A DNA stretch of 64,000 bases, from assembly GCA_963847705.1 (NCBI GenBank), contig CAWKBC010000044.1:56294-120293 (forward strand), read 5' to 3'. The translations under genes were made by a program, and so were the position numbers. This document shows positions 55,573 through 64,000 of the stretch, in pieces (within the stretch, counting starts at the first letter, position 1; each line of letters starts with the position of its first letter). The stretch is from an uncultured Pseudomonadota bacterium. GTDB lineage: Bacteria > Myxococcota_A > Polyangia > Fen-1088. The notes below the pieces were generated by a model. That model was given only the letters and a program-made list of their open reading frames with translations, searched no databases and was not told where the DNA came from.

Positions 55573-56028
55573 ATGAGGCTCGCACGGCTCTGGTGGCTCG
55601 GATTGGTCCTGGCGGCAGGTTGCCACTCGGGATCGTCGGCGCCACCGCCGCCCACGGACGCCCAGGTGCTCGATCTGGCGGTCGATCTGCCTCCCGGCTG
55701 CCCGCCCGCGACGCCGAACGACAAGGGGGTCGGAATCCCTTGCACGCGCGGGGGGGGCGAATGCTCGAAGGCGGGCGTGCCAAAGGGGCTGCTCTGCACT
55801 TGCGACCCGCTTCCCATCCTCGGTGTCCTGCTCAACGGGGTTCCGTGCGTCTGCACGATCGGCGGCCCCAATCTGACGACGAACCCGGATCCCTGCGCGG
55901 CCAACGGCGTGTCGTGCGGCTCGGACGCCACCTGCTGCCCCTACATGACGAGCGCCTACTACTGCAGCCCGAACGCCTGCCTGCCCGGCGGCGCCTGCAT
56001 CGACTTCACGCCGCCGCCGGGGGGCTGA
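55573..56028 (+). CDS. Small Cys-rich lipoprotein
   Basis: Lipobox AAGC; NDKGVGIPCT..; about 14 Cys; GAGG RBS. Confidence 0.7.
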   Translation: MRLARLWWLGLVLAAGCHSGSSAPPPPTDAQVLDLAVDLPPGCPPATPNDKGVGIPCTRGGGECSKAGVPKGLLCTCDPLPILGVLLNGVPCVCTIGGPNLTTNPDPCAANGVSCGSDATCCPYMTSAYYCSPNACLPGGACIDFTPPPGG

Positions 56029-56069
56029 GCGCGCCGGACGGGCCGGGCCCGCCCATCGCCCCCCCGCTC

Positions 56070-57122
56070 TCAGTGGCAGGCGGCCGTGTTGTTGGGGGTC
56101 GTCTGACAGGTGGCCGCCGAGCAACAGTAGCCGCTCGCGCAGTCACGGATTCCCGAGCAGTCGGTGGTGCAGAGGTTGCCGCTGCACCGCACCGCGCCGG
56201 CGCACGAGTTGCCGCCCCGGCAGACGATCTTGTCCATGCCCGCGTTGGCGGTGACCGTGGAGGTGCAGGTCGTGGGACCCGTGCATTCGAGGTCGCAGCT
56301 GTTTCCGCTGCAGCTCATTGGACCCTTGCAGGACCCTGACCCCGAGCAGGTCACCACGTTCATCGTGCCCGCGGCGGTGACCCCACCCGCGCAGGAGTCG
56401 GTCCCGCTGCAGGTGACGGTGCAGGGCGTTCCGCGGCACTGAATGGGTTTGCTGCAGGCGTTGTCGGCGCAGGTCACGCTGCAGCTGGTCGAGCCGCGGC
56501 AGTCGATGGGGGTGTCGCAGCCCCCCGCCGGGCAGGTGATCTTGCAGGCGATCCCCAGCGGGCAGGTGATGGGCCCCGTGCAGGGCGAGCAGCCCGAGCC
56601 GCAGGCGAAGGTGCAGACGCCGTTCAAGCAGGCGCCACCGCCCGCCACGCAGTCCGCGCAGGCGGCATCGGCGTCGGGCGGCCCGCAGGCGGAGGTCGTT
56701 CCGGCGTCGGTGAGGCGGAGGCCGCCGGTTCCCGGGCCTCCGATCCCGGCGATGCCGCCGCTCCCGACAATTGTGACTCCGCCGCTCCCCGTGGCTCCGC
56801 CCGCGCCGGTGGCGCCACCGGCCGCATCGCCACCCGCTCCCGGTGGATCACCCAGCGCGTCGGTCCCGTCACCGCCGGCGCCGACGGCCGGGTCCCCCCC
56901 CGCGCCGCCCGTGCCCAGCAGCGTCTGGCCGCCGCTGCCATCGCCGCTGCCGCTGCCGCCCGTCGCCGAGAGGCCGCCGGCGCCAGTGAGCACGGGCGCC
57001 CCTGCGCCACCCGAGGCCGCCGCGACCGCGGAGAGCCCAGATCGATCTACCCGGCACCCCACTGCGAGGATCGGTACCAGGACAGAGATGAACAACGCGG
57101 GTAACCGCGGACGAGTCTTCAA
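56070..57122 (-). CDS. Lipoprotein with Gly linker and roughly 21-aa Cys-ladder repeats
   Basis: TTG start at 57122 with GGAG RBS; lipobox AVGC; repeats such as CSGSGSCKGPMSCSGNSCDLE. Confidence 0.7.
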   Translation of the reverse strand: MKTRPRLPALFISVLVPILAVGCRVDRSGLSAVAAASGGAGAPVLTGAGGLSATGGSGSGDGSGGQTLLGTGGAGGDPAVGAGGDGTDALGDPPGAGGDAAGGATGAGGATGSGGVTIVGSGGIAGIGGPGTGGLRLTDAGTTSACGPPDADAACADCVAGGGACLNGVCTFACGSGCSPCTGPITCPLGIACKITCPAGGCDTPIDCRGSTSCSVTCADNACSKPIQCRGTPCTVTCSGTDSCAGGVTAAGTMNVVTCSGSGSCKGPMSCSGNSCDLECTGPTTCTSTVTANAGMDKIVCRGGNSCAGAVRCSGNLCTTDCSGIRDCASGYCCSAATCQTTPNNTAACH

Positions 57123-57187
57123 TTCTCTCCGTTCCTTTGAACGGGCGCCGTCGCGCCAGGGACTGTCAGGTAATGGCGAGGTGCCTT

Positions 57188-59212
57188 TTAGGTGCCTTTG
57201 TCGATCACGATTGCGACTTTGACCCACTGCGGAACGTGGTTGCCGTAAAGAGTCCCGTTCCCCATCGGGTTCTGCCCCGGCAGCCAGACCGCCGCATGGC
57301 TCGGGTCGCCGACGTTGATCTCTCCGCTGGTCACGCCCGTGAACCAGAGCTGGGGCTGCGACTGGGTGAGACCGCCCAGGTTGGCCTGCACGCCGTAAGG
57401 TCGCCGCGAGGAGAAGGCGATCCAGTAGAGCGTTTGGCCGCGAAAGGTGCTCACGTCCGGGCTGAAGCGGGGCCAAGAGTTGGAGTAGTTGATGACGTTG
57501 CCGTTGATGATCCCGTTGGCGTTGTCGAGCCGGGTCGCCCCTCCGCCCGAGGCGGGGGTCCACCAGAGCTCGGCGGACGCGTCGTCGTACCCGTCGCATG
57601 ACCCAGTGCCATAGCCTCCGCCGAGAGGGGCCGGATCGTCGCCGCTTCCGCAGGTGCTGACGTTGAACACCACGTAGTTACTGTCCTCGCTGGTGCACGG
57701 GTAGTACTTGGACATGTTGCTTTCGCGATCGACCAGAACGCGCGCATCGTCCATGACGGTTTCGGGAGTGGCGTCCGCGATGACGATCCGGCCGTTCAGC
57801 TTCAGATCGCCGTTGGTGCCGCCGTGGGGCGAGGACGTATTGAAAGAGGTGTACGCGAGCAGCGCCCCGTCATGGCTCCAGAACGGATCGGACTGGTAAG
57901 GATCGAGGGCGACCGCCGAGGCAGGAAACGCGGCGCCCTGCCGGGTCACCGTGGCCGACGTGCCATTGACCGTAACCGAGTTGAAGTACAGCTTCGAGTT
58001 GTACATGCTGACCATGACGTCGCCATTCGGACCCCAGGTCGTCTCGGCGGCGTACCCCTCGTTGCGGTAGCTCTTCCAATAGTTCGCCGGATCGTTGGTC
58101 GGCGTCGCGCTCGGATCGCTGCTGGTGTCGAGGCCCCCTCCACCGACGGGGTTGATCAGCTCCAAGGCCTGGTTTTGGATGTCGAGGAGCTCCCAGTTCG
58201 CCGCGTTCGTGGTCGCCGAGCCTCCGATCGTGAGCGCCATGAACTTGCCGTCGTTCGTGATGGTGTGGCAGCCGATGCAGTGGCCGCCGGCCGTTCCGTT
58301 GTTCCAAGACTGCGGCGCGCCGTCATAGGGAGGCGTGCTCCCGGGACCCCCGTCGTCGGTCCAGACGACCTCCGGGATGGGGTTGTCCTTCGAGAAGTCG
58401 TAGCGCTGGATCTGGGTGCCGTAATACGGCGGCGACGTGCCGGACGGCGGTGGGTCGAGAAGGATGTAGTTGGGCGGCGTCGGAATATCCCCGGTGTCTC
58501 CCGCCGATTTCTGGGGGGGATTGGGAACGACCGTCCAGAAGTAGAGACCGCCGGTCAGCCCGGCCTGGGTCCAGGCGGTGGTGATCGGCGGCGAGTCGCC
58601 CGTCACCGTCGACCCGCTGAGCACGCGGGCGGTGAGCTGAATGTCCTCGTTCTGGCTGGCCGGAATCATCATCTGCGTGAACGCCAGCGGCAGGGTGACC
58701 GAGCATCCATTTCCTGGCGCCGACTCACACGCTCCGAAGAACTGCACGTCAACGTTGCCGCTCGCTGTCTGGAAAGAGATCCGCGCGGAGGTCCCGGGCG
58801 TCGTCAGCTGGACCTGGATCGGTCCCAGGTTCGCCGGAAACAGCGATTTGTCGAGGGGATAGGCGATCGTCGTCGACCCGGACCCGCCGTTGTCGAACGT
58901 GCCCTCGCTGCCGGTGTCGAAGGAGGGGGCGCCTGAAGGGCAGGCGCTGAAGTCGGTGCAGGTGAAGTTGCCGCTGATCGGCGTGATCGGCAGCGGTGCC
59001 GTCCCACCACTGTTCCCGGTGTTGCTGCCCCCGTTCCCGGTACTGCCCCCGTTTCCCGTGCCGCCGCCGTTGCCGCTGCCGCCGCTGCCGGTGGTGCTGG
59101 CGTTTTGCTTGACGCCGGCGCATCCGAGTCCGGTGGCGACGCCGAACGAACCGGCGACCCCGAACGACAAAGTCACTGCGGACAATAGGCTCGACGAAGT
59201 GTGTAGACGCAT
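57188..59212 (-). CDS. TolB-like/PD40 beta-propeller lipoprotein (myxobacterial type)
   Basis: Lipobox GLGC; IAYPLD..FPANLGP, GGLYFW, CIGCH, DPFWSHDG, SWPRFSP, WIAFSSRRPYG, NHVPQW. Confidence 0.75.
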   Translation of the reverse strand: MRLHTSSSLLSAVTLSFGVAGSFGVATGLGCAGVKQNASTTGSGGSGNGGGTGNGGSTGNGGSNTGNSGGTAPLPITPISGNFTCTDFSACPSGAPSFDTGSEGTFDNGGSGSTTIAYPLDKSLFPANLGPIQVQLTTPGTSARISFQTASGNVDVQFFGACESAPGNGCSVTLPLAFTQMMIPASQNEDIQLTARVLSGSTVTGDSPPITTAWTQAGLTGGLYFWTVVPNPPQKSAGDTGDIPTPPNYILLDPPPSGTSPPYYGTQIQRYDFSKDNPIPEVVWTDDGGPGSTPPYDGAPQSWNNGTAGGHCIGCHTITNDGKFMALTIGGSATTNAANWELLDIQNQALELINPVGGGGLDTSSDPSATPTNDPANYWKSYRNEGYAAETTWGPNGDVMVSMYNSKLYFNSVTVNGTSATVTRQGAAFPASAVALDPYQSDPFWSHDGALLAYTSFNTSSPHGGTNGDLKLNGRIVIADATPETVMDDARVLVDRESNMSKYYPCTSEDSNYVVFNVSTCGSGDDPAPLGGGYGTGSCDGYDDASAELWWTPASGGGATRLDNANGIINGNVINYSNSWPRFSPDVSTFRGQTLYWIAFSSRRPYGVQANLGGLTQSQPQLWFTGVTSGEINVGDPSHAAVWLPGQNPMGNGTLYGNHVPQWVKVAIVIDKGT

Positions 59213-59376
59213 AGGCTTGCTCCGGCGCTTTGGGGACCGAGGCAGGGGGGCGACGCAGCGCCCCGGCCCGCCCGAATTTCCGAAGCGCCGACTATACTGC
59301 GCGCCGCTTCGCAGAGCTATAGCCCGCGGGGGCGGCCTTGACTGGGCGGCCGGAGCGGGCCGACCATGGAGCGACC

Positions 59377-60075
59377 ATGACCATCCACCCACCCTCCGTG
59401 CGCCTCTCCACCCTTCATCGCGTGTCTCCGCTCGTCGTGCTCTCCGTGATCGGGATCGCGGGCTGTGGCGGCGGGCTCAAGTACAAGGTCGACGACTCGG
59501 CGATCGACTCGATCTCCGCCGGCGACAAGCAGGACGTCTTCGCGGCCCAGAACGACCTCGAGGTCGCGCACAGCGAGCAGCGGACCGTCAAGACCCAGGT
59601 GGACGAGCTCGACCGCGAGCGCAGCGTGGCGAAGAACGAGAAGGAGCAGGCGGCGCTGGAGGTCGAGAAGGCGGGCACCGAGCAGGAGTCGGCCAACGCG
59701 TCGCACGACGAGAACCGCGCCAACGCCGCCCGCCACAGCAAGGACGTCGCCGACATGGGGGTCAAGGTCTCCGCCGCCAAGATGGACTGGCTGAACGAGA
59801 AGGGGGACTGGCTCGATGCCTCCGCCAAGGCGGCCGACGCGCACGAGGCGGCCGCGCAGGCCAAGGTCGAATTGGCCAAGGCGAAGCTGGCCCAGCAAAA
59901 GGGGATCAAACCGAGCGGCGACTTCTCGGTCGGCAACTTCGAGGATCAGTGGAAGGACAAGAACGACGATTGGCAATCGGCCAAAAAGAAGGCCGATTCG
60001 GAGCAGAAATCGACGCAGGAGATGGAGGCAAAGTGGAAGGATATCTCCACCCAGCAGGCCAAAATGAAAGGATGA
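59377..60075 (+). CDS. Coiled-coil lipoprotein, hypothetical
   Basis: Lipobox IAGC; Ala/Lys/Glu-rich helical heptads. Confidence 0.7.
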   Translation: MTIHPPSVRLSTLHRVSPLVVLSVIGIAGCGGGLKYKVDDSAIDSISAGDKQDVFAAQNDLEVAHSEQRTVKTQVDELDRERSVAKNEKEQAALEVEKAGTEQESANASHDENRANAARHSKDVADMGVKVSAAKMDWLNEKGDWLDASAKAADAHEAAAQAKVELAKAKLAQQKGIKPSGDFSVGNFEDQWKDKNDDWQSAKKKADSEQKSTQEMEAKWKDISTQQAKMKG

Positions 60076-60158
60076 TGAAGGGGTGCTGAAAGGGTGAACG
60101 AGGGTGATTCCCCTAGTCTTCATAACCCCGCTGGACTAGGCTCCTTTCCGGGTAATTC

Positions 60159-61820
60159 TTGAGCACCAGCGACCGAGAAGCCCTGGTGGCGAGCGCCTCG
60201 GCGGCCCAGGCAGCGGCGGAGCGACAGCCAGCAGCCGACTCGACCGATTCTTCCGAGCGGGGCGAGCGGTCGGACTACGTCCCGATGCTGGAGACGGCCC
60301 GGATCCTGGTCGTCGACGACGAGAAGGTGATCCGCGAGATCCTGGCCGACTTCCTGACCATGGAGGGGTACGTGGTGCACGCCGTCGAGGACGGCGCGCT
60401 GGCTCTCGAGGAGCTGCACAAGCGCAGCTACAACCTGGTCATCTCGGATCTCAAGATGCCCAACATGAGCGGGCTCGAGCTGATCCAGAAGATCGGCGAG
60501 GAGAGCATCCCGGTCATCACCGTCATCATGACCGGCTTCGGCACCGTCGAGACGGCCATCGAGGCGATGAAGAAGGGGGCCTACGACTACATCCTCAAGC
60601 CGTTCAAGGTGGAGGAGGTCATCCACATCGTGCAGCGCGGCCTCGATCGCCAGCGGCTGCAGCACGAGAACATCCGGCTCAAGGACGCGCTCTCGATCTA
60701 CAAGATCAGCGAGGCGATCGCCACCTCGCTGTCGGTCGAGAAGGTGCTGGATCTGGTGCTCGACGCCACCATCGACGCGGTCGACGCCGACGTCGTCAGC
60801 CTGCTGCTGGAGGATCCCAAGCACGCTGGACGCTTCTCCGAGCGGATGCGCAAGGTGTCGGAGCGGGCCGATCCCGGCGTCGAGGCGCCCCAGCTGAACC
60901 TGCAGGAGGCGCTGCCGCTCTTCGCCGAGGACCGACCGCTGCTGGTGCACGGCAGCCGCTCGTATCGTTTTCTGGAGTCGCCCCCGCACGAGCTCGAACG
61001 GCGCCTGGTCAGCCTCTGCAGCATCCCGCTCAAGCTCAACGGCCGCATCATCGGGATGCTGAACTCCTACAGCTACACCCGCGGCAACAAGTTCTCCGAG
61101 GGGCAGCGCAAGATGCTGTACGTGCTGGCCAGCCGCGCCGCCGTCTCGATCGAGAACGCGCGCCTCTACGAGAACCTGGTCGACGCCAACAAGGATCTGA
61201 CCACCGCCAACGTCTCGCTGGAGGAGAACTTCAAGCAGACGATCATCGGCTTCGCCCACGCGCTGGAAGAGTCGGACCGCTACACCCGCGGCCACTCGGA
61301 GCGGGTGGCGATGTACGCGCGCCTGATCGCCATCGGGCTGCGTCTGAGCGCGCCCGAGATCGACACCATCGTCAAGGTGGGCCTCATGCACGACGTCGGC
61401 AAGATCGGCGTGCGCAACGACAAGCTGAACAAGCCGGGCAAGCTGACCCCCGAGGAGCTGGCGATGTTCCGGTCGCACCCGGCCAAGGGGAAGCGGATCC
61501 TGGAGCCGATCCCCTTCATGCGGGACATCGTCCCCGGCTGCTACTGCCACCACGAGGCCTGGGACGGCTCGGGCTATCCGCAGGGCCTCGTGGGCGATCA
61601 CATCCCCCTGATCGGGCGGGTGGTCGCCGTCGCCGACGCCTACGACGCGATGACCTCCGACCGCGCCTACCGCAAGGCCCTGCCGCACGAGATCGCCTGC
61701 GGCGAGCTGGAACGCTGCACCGGGGCGCAGTTCGATCCGGAGATCGTCCCGGTCTTCCTGGCGCAGATCGAAGAGTTCCGGCGCTTCGAGGCGGCCGCCG
61801 GGCGGTTCATTCCGCGGTAG
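60159..61820 (+). CDS. Response regulator REC-GAF-HD-GYP (cyclic-dinucleotide phosphodiesterase)
   Basis: ILVVDDE, ISDLKMP, YILKPF; GAF domain; YTRGHSERV, MHDVGKIG, HHEAWDGSGYP, ADAYDAMTSDRAYR. Start uncertain. Confidence 0.92.
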   Translation: MSTSDREALVASASAAQAAAERQPAADSTDSSERGERSDYVPMLETARILVVDDEKVIREILADFLTMEGYVVHAVEDGALALEELHKRSYNLVISDLKMPNMSGLELIQKIGEESIPVITVIMTGFGTVETAIEAMKKGAYDYILKPFKVEEVIHIVQRGLDRQRLQHENIRLKDALSIYKISEAIATSLSVEKVLDLVLDATIDAVDADVVSLLLEDPKHAGRFSERMRKVSERADPGVEAPQLNLQEALPLFAEDRPLLVHGSRSYRFLESPPHELERRLVSLCSIPLKLNGRIIGMLNSYSYTRGNKFSEGQRKMLYVLASRAAVSIENARLYENLVDANKDLTTANVSLEENFKQTIIGFAHALEESDRYTRGHSERVAMYARLIAIGLRLSAPEIDTIVKVGLMHDVGKIGVRNDKLNKPGKLTPEELAMFRSHPAKGKRILEPIPFMRDIVPGCYCHHEAWDGSGYPQGLVGDHIPLIGRVVAVADAYDAMTSDRAYRKALPHEIACGELERCTGAQFDPEIVPVFLAQIEEFRRFEAAAGRFIPR

Positions 61821-61899
61821 AAATTGGCTTTTCATCCCCAATCTGGCTCCCATTTGCCTCCCCTTTGCACCTTTGGACTAGCCGACCGAGAGGACCCGC

Positions 61900-64000
<2,101 letters not shown>

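Noticed and set aside
58258-58280. CIGCH as a c-type haem site
   Set aside because: A single CxxCH in a Cys-containing propeller lipoprotein, with no cytochrome context. Not enough support.

Overview
High-GC window, most consistent with a myxobacterium (Myxococcota/Polyangia-like). This is inferred from a MYXO-CTERM-type tail, many Cys-rich and Gly/Thr-linker lipoproteins, a eukaryote-like Ser/Thr kinase and several sigma-54 promoters. It runs from a 3'-truncated stressosome RsbR-like gene to a 3'-truncated gyrA. Between them are ackA-pta, regulator/detox pairs, asnB plus a GT2, a glycan-degrading lipoprotein cluster, a CzcCBA-type efflux operon, an HTTM pair and a REC-GAF-HD-GYP protein. No rRNA, tRNA, CRISPR array or transposase was seen. 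The best candidate for an undescribed system is 8.0-13.6 kb: an orphan UrtA-like binding protein with altered motifs, a TmoF-like reductase and TmoC-like Rieske ferredoxin with no oxygenase, and an 881-aa MocR/GabR regulator fused to a MOSC (mARC/YcbX-like) enzyme and a rubredoxin. In that fusion the PLP-binding lysine is replaced by Thr, and an internal in-frame start precedes the MOSC domain. The second candidate is an orphan Wadjet JetD homologue with a broken TOPRIM DxD motif. It lies between two paralogous vWA-like lipoproteins and shares a near-identical sigma-54 promoter with one of them. All family calls come from motif recognition by eye; no database search was run.
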